From assembly GCA_964188305.1 (NCBI GenBank), contig OZ076896.1: a DNA stretch of 64,000 nucleotides, one strand, 5' to 3'. The notes below the pieces were generated by a model, which saw only the letters and a list, made by a program, of their open reading frames with translations, searched no databases and had not been told where the DNA came from. Every line of letters begins with the position of its first letter. Positions within the stretch are counted from its first letter, which is position 1. Shown here in pieces: positions 39,114 to 51,351 of this stretch. The stretch is from Podarcis bocagei. Lineage: Eukaryota. Both the position numbers and the translations under genes were made by a program.

Positions 39114-42100
39114 GTTCGGAATCTGTTAAAAAATGCTCTATTTTAATTGGCTTATTCATTCTGTCATAAACGGCATTAAATCCTGGAAGGCAACATGCTG
39201 GCATGTGATACACATTTAATGGCAATTCATAAATCAAGCAGTCTTGTGTGTTTTTCCAAAACCTATTTTAGACTTATTCACTGCAACCAACAACCTCAGA
39301 TTTCTGGAAAATGTAGGTGTTTTTTTTAAATGTGCAAACCTGTCTTTCTTTGGAAAAAGTTAATGTTTATGACTCAAATACCTGCAAGTTGATAATCAAG
39401 AAGGCTTCCTCCCTAAGGGAGAAACTACACCAGGAAATTATATTGTATGTTTGAAACTGGATCAGTCTTAACCTTGACTTATATGGCACTTAGTTAATTT
39501 TTAAGTTCAAAGTGATTCTGGCTTTGTTTGGAGCAAGATGTGTATTTTTTTCCAGTTTTTTGAGGTTGGTTTCTGGACTGGAGTGCAAGACAAAGAGCTC
39601 CTAATATTGAGGTTGGAGTGTCTTAATTAAGCAGTACATTTGCAGTGTGTTTATAGTAAAGAGTGATAGCTGAGTTCAGTTAAGTAGATGTTGGAACTTT
39701 AAAACTCAATATGTATTTATGACCTGTGCGATCCTACTGGTGCCAGCAGTGTTGCTTTAGGGTCTCTTCTATAATTCTTTGAAAGCTACAAATGTTTTTA
39801 AGCCAGCAAGCATGATAATTTAATGTCTGCAATATGTTGGCTCTATTTAGAGGTCAGATAAAATGAACTTTCTTTTCTTTTGTCTTGTGTTGGTCAAAAT
39901 AAACTTTTTGCAGGCACAGTGGTATTGCTGGCTAAGAATACATAAGCATAGGAAGTAAGGCTCTATTTAAGTTCTTGTTAGTGTAGAGTGAGTGTGCTTG
40001 TGTACATACAGCTGTGGAATGAATTCTTAGCATTATGCTTTCAATATTTGAATAATTGCTTATGTTATTTTTTAAAAGTATAACTATTCTAGAAGCAAGC
40101 TTTCTTAAAAAAACAAAGCTTGAATATTAATGTACATAGGATTTTTCTTCCTGGTTTTTAAAACACTGCTTAAATTTACATAATACCATTGGCTTTTAAA
40201 TTCTGAAATAATCATAGATAACTTTGCTTGATTGCCCTGAGTTCTGTTTATTTATTCATCTTTACCAAACAACAGAATGAATGTCAGACATCACATTTGG
40301 TTATATGCAACCCGTAAAGATTTGGATAGAAAATTGCACAACTATTTTGAACACGATCTTGATGCCATTTCACTGTGCCAGTTAATTTCATGATCTGACT
40401 TCAAAAGGAAATAAAGCTCAATTTTTTTGTCTGACCCAAACATTAATTAGAGTTGCCATTCTAAGTTTGATAATACTAAGTTTGATAATATTAATAGAGG
40501 AAAGCAAAGCTTTTAAAATTTTTGAATCATTTCTTCAAGACACTGAGCAGCTTAAAATGAAAATGTGAAAAAGTTTACCTCTGAAATATGTGGTTTAACT
40601 GCAAATTGCAGTAAACAAGACTTTTATAAAGATCATTGTTTATGTGCTGCAAAAAAAAGTATACTCTTAACTGCAGCTCTTAATGCTCGGTGTCTTAACT
40701 TGGTTGATGGAATCTAGCTGGCTTTTGGGAGTTGAATTCAGGTGGCAAGGAAGGCTTTGCTGGAAGAACCCAATTTTAAGTAGATGTATTTCATTTGCTG
40801 GTTGAATAACATCTTATGTAATCCTATTCAGTTGCAAACTGAAGGGGAAGGGGAAGGTAAACACAAAACTGTTAACCATGTAGGATTTTGTTTCTTTACA
40901 GTTTTGTGCACTTAACAGTTAAATTTACAGAATTTGCTCTGGATATAAAGATTCTGTAACCCATGCTGCGGAATGTATTTCTTCAGCAAAGTGTATATGT
41001 TTATGTTTTTTATCCTTAGCTTATTAGCCCCGGTCCAAAGCCTTCTAGCAGAGACAATTGAATCCTGTCAGGGATTGCTGCCAAGACATCGGAAGGATTT
41101 TTGACCAAGGTTTTCTAAAGCTCAATGTCACACCTGCCATATTTTTGAGGGGGTTTGGTTGCATAGTCCTAGCATTTACTGTTACTTTTGTGTTTTGTCT
41201 TTTTTTCCCTTCTTGTCTTTGTCTCTCTCTTCTCTAGAATTAAGCAGTGTTCACACTAGCTTTGAAACAGTTGACTGGGTAATACTTAATTCACACCTGG
41301 AATTGAAAGCGCATGTCATACCTGTTAACTTTTTAATAACGAAATAGTGTGGACACAGCATGTCTTATTGAAGATTAACCCCTTATTTTTAGAATACAAG
41401 AAAAATAATCTGCAGTTTAAAAAAAAAAACTATGGTTGAAGCTAAGAGGGCACACTTGAATTCTGATTCATTTAATTTTAGGACCAGTTTTTAAGGGGTT
41501 AATCCACTTGGAGTCTTTATGCAAAAATCCACATATAGGAAAGTCTTTTAAATGGATATCCAGCCCAGATAAGTTCTCAATTTCTATAGCTGCTTCAGCA
41601 TCTTCTGATGGCTTCAAGGTTGATTCGCAATGGGTACACTCTATCTCCCACTGAGGTCAATGACAAATCTCAGCTTAATAGAGCTGGATCACCCACAATC
41701 TTGCTTGTCAGTTGTATATGGGTCTCTGGATCATTGCATCATATTTTTTTTAAAAAAGCAGTGCTTCGAAATACAAGTGTTTTAATACCATTATTTAAAT
41801 AATAATAATCCAGGACTTCAGTGATAATTAAACTGAGTCATTAACGCTATTTTCTTGCAAGTATTTTTTAGGAGAGTATAAATAGTTTTTATGAAACAAA
41901 GCTTGCTCCCACAAGCTATATAAAGTAGAATAAACTCTCCCTATTTTGTCAGAACTGTGAACTGAACTTTAAATGTGTCAATTATCAAATCGTACTGCTG
42001 ACTTTGGCCTCAGTTGACTCTTTTCCCTTAAATTTTCTCTCCTTTCACTTGATACATCTATAATCCTAATGTCTTCTTTCATTTGCTTTGAAATCTCTCA

Positions 42101-43533
42101 CTAATGTGACTCATTTTTCACTTCACTGTATCTGTATAGCCCATAAAATTCACCATGTTAAAATGGCATAAATCCCATTGCTAAAATGTTTTAAGACTTT
42201 TATATCCCACTGGTAAAATATTAATATAAGCATAAACAAATGAATTTCCTATGAGAGGTGTACAATTCAGGCATAGCATACTAAATGAAATTGAAATAAT
42301 TCTGTGCACAGCGGAAGTGTCATTTATATAAATTCTGGCTTGCATTCTCCTGACCTGTTTCTCTTCATTGATGGCTGACCTTCAAGCCAAATCTGTTAAT
42401 ATCTTGGTTTGCGTTCTTTTCCTAGTTGGTGTGTTCCATGAGTCTTTGATTTGCTGTTATGAGTATGTTTGCTTAAATTAGACTACATTTTAATGTCCCA
42501 TCTGCTAAATAATCCAGGCAAAGTCTGGTTGCATTCAACATTTATTTTAACAGCAATTTTGTATTAGCAGAAAATTAAAAAATATCTAGAAATACTCTTG
42601 GCTGCTCAGCAGGCAGTTACAACATATTTAGGAACAGTAATTATAACTGACACAGAAGCCTTGTTTGGAAAATAAGAATTTACCAGATGCAGTGTTGTTC
42701 TTTCTATCACTGCTGTTGCTTCTGCTTTTCCTGGTTTTGATTTTTCCTCTACTTCCTTCTCTTAAGACCCCTCTTTCTTGTTTTCTTCTGGTATACCCCT
42801 GGATGAAATTGGGATGGATATACACAGCATGCACCTTGGTGCAATAGGAGCCTAGAGGGTTTAAGAAATACAAAAATGTACAGGTGCTCTTGACTTGAAT
42901 TTTACAAAGTATTTCACATCCCTTCAGACTCCATAAAACCAAAAAATCTGGATTGTTTCTATAAGTATAGTTTTACCTTACCTTAATGGGAGGTATCCTA
43001 GTACATCATGGGTCTTGACTGCTCAGGAAGAATTTTGACCCATTAACTAGGACTAAGACTAAGGTAGCATGCGGCCATTTTAGGTTGTCCCAACAAACAC
43101 AGGGCACAATCCACTGCGAAGTTATTCTGCACAAGCACCATTAAAATGGATGGGAACTTAACAGAAATGCCCATTCAGTTCAGTGGGGCCCACACAGAAG
43201 AACTTCACAATAGATTTTGCTCAGAGTTTGTTGTAACTTTTGCTTCATTCAAGTGGATTTTTGTGTTCCTTCTGTCTTGTGTTTCCTGTGCTGGTGCACT
43301 GTGTCCAACCATTCTTCCTTCAACATTTTAATTTTAGGGGAAATTTATTTTTCCAGAGGATTTTTTTTCACAAATAGATGGACATAAAAAAAATAAGATT
43401 GAGAGCTAACCTTGCATTATGCTCTTGATTACTTTTTGTATTGGGCTCAATGACCACATACAGATTAAGGGATTATTACTACTGAATACGAATACATTGG
43501 AGATAGGGATTGCAATATAAATGGCACGTGTGA

Positions 43534-43745
43534 NNNNNNNNNNNNNNNNNNNNNNNNNNNNNNNNNNNNNNNNNNNNNNNNNNNNNNNNNNNNNNNNNNN
43601 NNNNNNNNNNNNNNNNNNNNNNNNNNNNNNNNNNNNNNNNNNNNNNNNNNNNNNNNNNNNNNNNNNNNNNNNNNNNNNNNNNNNNNNNNNNNNNNNNNNN
43701 NNNNNNNNNNNNNNNNNNNNNNNNNNNNNNNNNNNNNNNNNNNNN
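43534..43745. other. ZFR: 212-nt N-run, inferred to hide ZFR exon 16 (about 98 nt)
   Basis: Exon 15 ends in phase 1 and exon 17 starts in phase 0; the recalled segment [33 protein letters not shown] was not found in readable sequence between them. Confidence 0.8.
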
Positions 43746-44526
43746 TAGCCTTATGAGAGAGAGTAGTTCAGTTGTTCGGTTGGATGTTAAACTATGCGGA
43801 AAACTAAAGGTTGCCCATAGTAAATATGTGTATATATATCTATTATGTGTACTCATATATAAAATTAAATGACATGGGGGAAATTAATTCATCTTGGAAG
43901 ATCTGTATAGAAGAACTGCTTTATGCCGTTCTTGCCAATTTGACGTCAACTTGTTTTTCTGGCCACTGAGATAGCGAAGTTGAAAGCTTGACTCGCTGGG
44001 GGAAATCGTATGTTTTGTATTGGTAATGTGTTCCATAAGGCTGCAGAGTAACTTTGCTTTAAATAACAGAATGTGTGTTTAAAGCTTTGTGTGTTAGATG
44101 TAAGACTTTTACCCTTTATTTCTTGAAGCTTATTAAGTGTAGGGAATGAAAGGTGAGAAACTATTTGGTTTGGTGACTTTGCACTCCAGCAAAGGTACGA
44201 CAGAGAAACCAAACAGATTCCCATAGCCTTTCAGTCTCTCTACTTGTTAGCTCTTTACTCCTGTATTTCTATTATAGGAAGGTAATTGTATTTTCTGTAC
44301 GAATGAACCAAAGTGTGCAGGAATTCAAGGGATATTAGTCTTGTATAACCTGTGCACCTTGACTTCTCAATTACTAACCTTGGCATAAAATGCTTCTGTA
44401 AATGGCAGCTCCTGGAATGTTTCATGTGGCTTGTTTCTTTTCTGTGTCTGAGCTTCCATTGAACAGTGGTGTTTTAGCTTCTCTAAGAGGCCTATATTCT
44501 ATTGGTGCTGGGATTGATTAACTTGA

Positions 44527-44685
<159 letters not shown>

Positions 44686-47323
44686 TGAAGCATCTCTTAA
44701 GTTATTTCACAATGCAATAAAACAATTTCATACATAAAAACAGTTGCAAAACCAATACAGATACTGACTAGGACAATAATCTGCTTAGTAGCCTTGTTGA
44801 AAGAGGGAAATATTCAACAGACACCAAAATGACAATAGAGATTTCTGGTCTCATTTCCTTAAATTTATTTGAAGGCATTCATTTGTTTCAGAAGTGAGGG
44901 TATCCATAATATCAGGACAGGGCAAAGCAAAACATTTTGAAACACATTTTCCTCCAAAGAACCATGATATAAGGCAAACGTGTGAGAGAGCTTCTGAACC
45001 AGAAGGCCTCATTCTCATTTTTTAAACAAGGTTTACATACCATTTGATTGTTGTGAAACTTATAAGTGATTTACAAGAAATATTAAAGTATCAATAAAAA
45101 TGATTAAAAAACCAATCAAACATTTAATTGCCGATTCTCTGTGTTCTCAGAATTATGCATGAAATTCTTTTGAATATCCTTGCAACTTTGGAATTTTATA
45201 CTTCACTTAAGCAGCTGGATTTATTTGCTGGCCGCTGTGATGCCTCACAGCTTCAGTCCAAAGAGCTCCTTGTGCTTATACAAGACACACATGTTGATTA
45301 CGTAAATCTGTATTTCCCGTAATTTTGATTCTGTCTTTTTAAGGCATTTGGGCTAAAGAAGTATATTTCCCTTTTTATATGCAGAGATCCCACTGACGCA
45401 AAATATTTCTGCCTGATTTAGGGTAATTCCTCCCTCCTCTAGTGCCCCCACTTTTTATGAAGAGTCCTTTACCCTCTAGATGCAGTTTATGGGACATTCA
45501 GCAAGAGGCAGGGGAAAATATGATACCTTGGGTACCCTAAGCCTAGTCACTTGGATTTTCACAAGAGACACTCTTAGCACTGCTATATTCTCCTGTGGTT
45601 CATCATCTGTCAATCTTCAGTATGGCAGTATCTGCACTTTTTTAATGTACTCCCAGTGAACATCAGGCAGGTGCCTACAATATTGTCATTTAGGTGCCTG
45701 CTTAAAACTTATTTGTTCACCCAGGAATTCCTGGGTAAATAGCTGTATTGATTTTGCACTTGTAATAATAATAATAATAATGTTATATTTTGTTCTTAAT
45801 GTTGGCAGTATAGAAATGCTTGTAAATTATTAAACAAGTTGGTTAAGCAAGCTTCCCTTTGCTTACCCAACTATTGGATATAGCCAACATATTTTAAATT
45901 GCTAATGCTGTCCTTCAGGGGCAATTACAAAACAGTGCACAAAATAAGTATTAATTTTGAAGAATTTGAGGGGAGCCGGATCTTTCTAATGACTCTTGCA
46001 TTCCTTTTATTTATGAAAATTTGCAAGGAGTGTGGGCTCTACAGAAGATGTCCCTGTAAGCTCTGCATCTAATGCACAACACAGGCCCTTCACCTGTGGA
46101 ATTCAGGGTTCTGCTATGAGAGGCATTCCGTCAGCAACAAGCATTTCAGCTGTCCAGGTGGAACGATCTCCTCCTCCACAGCCATTTGCTCTTCTGGGGG
46201 GTTCTCCTGACCCTGCAGAGCAGATTATGGAGGGAAAGCACTCTTGTACTAAAGGGATTCCAAGTTGAATCCAGCCCATGTTACTGATAGGGCTCCACAG
46301 ATTCTTGCAAGCCTTGGATATGATCATTCTTTATGGTAACCCCTGAGCTACTCCCAAGGCCCCTGGTATGTGCAGAAGTCTTAGGAGAGGAGGGGATAAG
46401 CCCCTTATTTCTCAGTAGGCTTCAGAGATCCTCGGAAGCTGTGAGTTTCTTGCTTGTTTTTTCTGAGCATCTTCAAAGTCTGGTATGAAGTGAGAGACAG
46501 TCATTTCTTTCCCCCCAAGTTCTCTGCATATGCACCCAGTATGGGCTAAGAGACTCCTCTGAGTTCTCTGCAGTGTGCAGATTTGTAGTTTTGTTTTGTA
46601 TTACCAAGGCTAGGTGGTGGTATCTGATAATCACATATATACCCCTGACTATTGAAACTGTATGCAAACATTTGTGTGTTTTGCCTTTGGCTTGGATTCT
46701 AATTTCTTGTGAATGGAACTTGGTTGATGCTCCTGTTGGCACAAGGGAGGCAATGTTCACCAATTTCCCTCTCCAGCCCCTTGCCCCCACCATCTGTTAT
46801 GGAGGATCAGGGGGCTCTCTGGAATGGCACGGGGCATTGGAGAATACGTGGGAAAGGGGAAATTAGTGAAAATCTGCAGAGGGGCAACTCACAGTCCAAG
46901 CCTTTTTCATATTTTTGCAGCACAACTCTTTTATGCAGCAGGACCCCATTTTCATGCCAATATTGCATCTGATTCCAGCCTGCATTCATTTCCTTTGTTC
47001 ATTTATAGCTTAAGCATATTTTTAATGAAAAAACAACAACATTAGACTCTATCGTGGCCTCCACTGAGAGAAACATGGCAGTGTGAATTGATATAGGCAA
47101 CTCCTTTTTTTTTATTAAAAGGCTTTCTGCAGGTGTCAACAGTTGCTGTATTGGTTTAAACTTGCTTATATTTTCTGAGCTGCAAAGTTTTAAGACTGTT
47201 AACAGACATCCATTGCTCATAAAGTTATCATGTGCTACTTACCAGCTGATGGCATTCTACATTTCGTGTTTTAAATTAAAGTGTGGATAGTGGTTTATTG
47301 TTACATCTCTTTGTTTTATTTAG

Positions 47324-47440
<117 letters not shown>

Positions 47441-47596
47441 TAGCAGTCATAGTCCACACTTGAAATACTGTGTTAAACTGATTGGTTTGTCTACTTTACA
47501 CATTATTTTGTTACAGTATAGGAAGAATGAAATAATACTATCTTCATGAAATTAGTAAAAAGAAAAAGAAAATAAAGTTTACTTTTTTGTTTATAG

Positions 47597-47694
47597 GTGG
47601 CCCTGGCCTTTTGGATCCCTGTGAAAAAGATCCTTTTGATACACTTGCTTTAATGACAGATCAGCAACGAGAAGACATTACTTCAAGTGCACAG
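47597..47694 (+). CDS. ZFR: ZFR exon 19 ([12 protein letters not shown]...DITSSAQ)
   Basis: tatag acceptor, CAG|gtaatg donor; 98 nt. Confidence 0.97.
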
Positions 47695-47940
47695 GTAATG
47701 AAAAGTTCTCATAAAATAGTTAATATAGTGAATATGTGATACACAAACTCCAAAAAAGAAAAAGAACCATGATCTGAAAAATGAATTTGCTGCCTATATG
47801 CTGTAGTTTAATTCAGTTTTCAATTTTAATTTTGTATTAAACATACTAGGCACTTAACAGGTCTCCAGGCAACTTACATTGAAGAACATACACAAAAATA
47901 TATCATGAAATAGAAAAGGGGGAATGGGAATCATATTAAC

Positions 47941-47944
<4 letters not shown>

Positions 47945-47994
<50 letters not shown>

Positions 47995-48013
47995 CTCTCT
48001 ATGTGTGTGTGTG
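47945..48013. repeat. (CT)n(GT)n microsatellite
   Basis: Read directly from sequence. Confidence 0.95.
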
Positions 48014-49002
48014 AGCCCCTCCACCATAGCAGTTATAACAACGCTGGCAGCACAGTAACAGAAACAAAAATTATACTCCCGCCCAGTAACCAGCACAGCC
48101 CACCTCCCTAGTCCCTGTTGGAGCGGAGGAAGAGTTACCAGGGTCTTTTACCAATTTTACAAATTACTGCTTTTCATCTTAAAGGATGTGAAGAAAAAGG
48201 AAATGCTATATCAAAAATAATACCAAATTCACTATTTTTAAAAACTGGTTGAAGTAATGATAAAAATCAGGAGCAATATTGATAGTGGCTAGTGGGATAG
48301 TGGGAGGTACAATTCAGGGTGACATATGGAAAAAGCTCAACCCATGTTATAGACCAGGGTTGGAGAACCTTTTTGGCCAGTGGGACAGATCTATCTCTCC
48401 GCACCCTGCAAACCAACATTAACAGGTGCTTGGTTGGGGGGAGATAGTTATCAAGCAGGATTCAACTCCCCATGCATCAGCTGATGCACAACAAATTCAT
48501 TCCTGCTTCCTGTAGGATTTGGGTGCACCAACACACCTGATCTGGTTTACACACACAAACCAAGCAGGATTGAACTCTGTGCTTCAGTCCTTTCCAACTG
48601 CAGTATGCAGCCATGTTTTTACCTGCCCAACAACCAGTGTCACATGTGAGCCACCTGTGGGGCAGCTGGATGACAATGGTTTGATAGGCCAAATTTGGCC
48701 CATGAGGCAGAAGTTCCCATCACTCTTCTAGATAGTTTCACTTCTGAAGGCAGAGGAAATACAGCATTTTGCAACATATTCTACACAGGGACCAATTTTG
48801 CTTCACTATACAACTAACATTTTGTTTTCAGTAAACTTTCAGAAGCTATATCATTAACAAAAATTTGGTAAAGCTGTATGGTGTATATATAGAAGAGTTT
48901 TAAATACTCATACGTATGGTCTTGAAAGTGTCTTACTAAAATGAACATTCATCTATTTTTGGAAGTTTGAATAATTCTGATAACCTTTTTCCTCCTCCAC
49001 AG

Positions 49003-49182
49003 TTTGCATTGAGACTCCTTGCATTCCGTCAAATACACAAAGTTTTAGGAATGGATCCCTTGCCCCAGATGAACCAGCGCTTCAATATTCACAACAATCG
49101 TAAAAGGAGAAGGGACAGTGATGGAGTTGATGGCTTTGAAGCTGAGGGGAAGAAAGACAAGAAAGATTATGATAACTTTTAA
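49003..49182 (+). CDS. ZFR: ZFR exon 20, last coding ([20 protein letters not shown]...[10 protein letters not shown])
   Basis: cacag acceptor, TAA at 49180-49182; with a 98-nt exon 16 the CDS totals 3201 nt = 1066 aa. Confidence 0.98.
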
Positions 49183-50389
49183 AAAAAAGAAAAGAAAACT
49201 GTGTTTGGTGTTAACAGAGGCCATTTGTTCTCTGATTTTTTTCTCAATGTCTGTTAAATACATCCAAAAAAGTTAGAAAAATTACTTTTTGTGTGGCATT
49301 CACACCATTTTTTTTAGGATGTGCAGACTAATTATGGTAGAAAGAGATCACAAATGGAAACTATTCTGACTTCTAGCGGACCCCTCATTGTTTAGTTTCT
49401 AACTTCTAATGTATGATTCTTGTTTTCGCTTCTTTACGTTAAGTAGTACAACGTATACTTAAATTCCACTGTATTTAATACAGTGTTTTGTGCTTCAGTT
49501 GCTTTGTGTATTTTGCTCTTTTATTTAGAATTTTAAGTTACCATTGACGCAAGCTGTAAGTTGCTTTGTATTAGAAAATGGTAAATACAGTCCTTCACTT
49601 AATATTTTATAGAAGAACACTTTTTGTAAAGTGGGTCTGCAATATTATTTCTCCTAAATGTGAAGCGTTAACACAAACTTATCCTGCTATTTAAGTGCTT
49701 TCAATTAAATGTTTCCGCCAAATCCATGGCATTTGTCTCTTTAGTGATATAATGGTGTACTTAAGACAGATTTGTGTTACTCTAATCAGGTTTGTTGTTA
49801 GTTATGCATTAGCAGTATAAATGCTGAACATACACAGTTTGGATTTGCTGCAATTTTAGCAACTGCATAATTGATTTTAAAAATTGCATGACTTTGTTTT
49901 TAATAGAAGGGCTTTAAAAAAGTATCAATTTAGGTTTCATGCCTAGGTCTTTGTATGATTGACTTTGATATAGCAAGGCCAAAAAATAAATTTCTGAAAT
50001 TTTGCCGAAAACATTAAGAGGGCATTTTTCCCTTTGGGAAAGAGCTGGCTACTTGTTTTCAGAGAGCTTATCAGTATGGTAGCTCTGAATTAAAATAATT
50101 GTTTGCTATATCAGTGCCTGTGAGATTGCTCCTTTTGCTATTTCCTTACCAAATTATTCAGTAACTTTCATTTTAGGTCTACAACCTGAACGTAGATACC
50201 AATATTTCTGGAAATTTGAAGGTTGTAAAAGAAAATAGCAGAAAATTATTTGTGGCCATAGTGTATGCTTATGTCTCCTTCAAACAACTAAATATTATAG
50301 CAGTGCTGTAATTCAGGTCTACATCTGGCTGTTGATGTATGCTCTGGTACACAGATGTGATTTGTTACAACACTACAGTGGAGTCTGCA

Positions 50390-50395
50390 AATAAA
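50390..50395 (+). terminator. ZFR: Probable ZFR polyadenylation signal AATAAA (another at 49985-49990)
   Basis: Ends an AU-rich, repeat-free 1.2-kb 3'UTR; repeats resume after about 50600. Confidence 0.6.
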
Positions 50396-50609
50396 ACTAA
50401 AATCTATTAAATGACTTAACGTTCATTATACACTGAGAACATGCACTTTGCTTTGTCTTTCTGAGTGGATTATGCTAGTTTTCAGCACATAGATTTAACA
50501 CTGGCAACCAGTGGTGTCCATCCGCCAATGGAATAGATTTCCACAGTGGCAGCTTCCCTTTCCTCCCTTCCTCCCCCCAAATCTGCTACAGATTCATCCA
50601 TCCGAACCA

Positions 50610-50840
50610 ATTACAAGAAAGGAGATTCTGACTAAACATCAGGAAGAACTTTGACAGTAGGTGCTGTTCAACAGTGGAACAGACTCCCTTGTGAGGTGGT
50701 GGACTTTCCTTCTTTGGAGGTTTTTAAGCAGAGGTTGGATGGCCATCTGTCATGGATGCTTTCGTTGAGATTCCTGCATTGCAAGGGGTTAAACTATATG
50801 GCCCTTGAGGTCCCTTCCAACATATAAAATATGATTCTGT
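50610..50840 (+). mobile_element. CR1 LINE 3' fragment
   Basis: AAACATCAGGAAGAACTT...GGAGGTTTTTAAGCAGAGGTTGGATGGCCATCTGTC...CCCTTCCAAC typical of the CR1 3' end. Confidence 0.8.
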
Positions 50841-51136
50841 AGGGTTGAGGGAGACCCTCCAGACCAGACTGTAGAGGAGGTTGCAGTAAGTGGGCACCCA
50901 CGTGATATTTATGTTGCCCAGTGTTCTTAAAATTTCTTGAGAAATAGGAAATTGTAAATGGTTGCCTGATTTAATCAGAGACTGCCATGTTCTGGCGCTC
51001 TTCAATTTTTGATAATTGCAAAGCCTTCAGGCTGTATTTGTTCTAAATTCTTAACATTCATTAACAGACACGTAAGTGCAATATATTGTACAAAGGGGGA
51101 ATTATCAAAGCTGAATCTTTTGAGCCATTATGACTA

Positions 51137-51351
51137 CAGTGGTACCTCGGGTCACAGACGCTTCAGGTTACAGACTCCGCTAACCCAGAAATAGTACCTC
51201 GGGTTAAGAACTTTGCTTCAGGATGAGAACAGAAATCGTGCGGCAGCAGCAGGAAGCCCCATTAGCTAAAGTGGTACCTCAGGTTAAGAACAGTTTCAGG
51301 TTAAGAACGGATATCCAGAACGAATTAACTTCTTAACCCAAGGTACCACTG
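51137..51351 (+). mobile_element. Tc1/mariner MITE family A
   Basis: CAGTGGTACCTCGGG / AGGTACCACTG with TA flanks; close to 897-1122. Confidence 0.88.

Noticed and set aside
41065-41092. Possible base pairing between CCAAGACATC and the D-V-L codons of the hidden exon 16
   Set aside because: Only about 10 nt and the partner sequence is not visible, so it cannot be supported.
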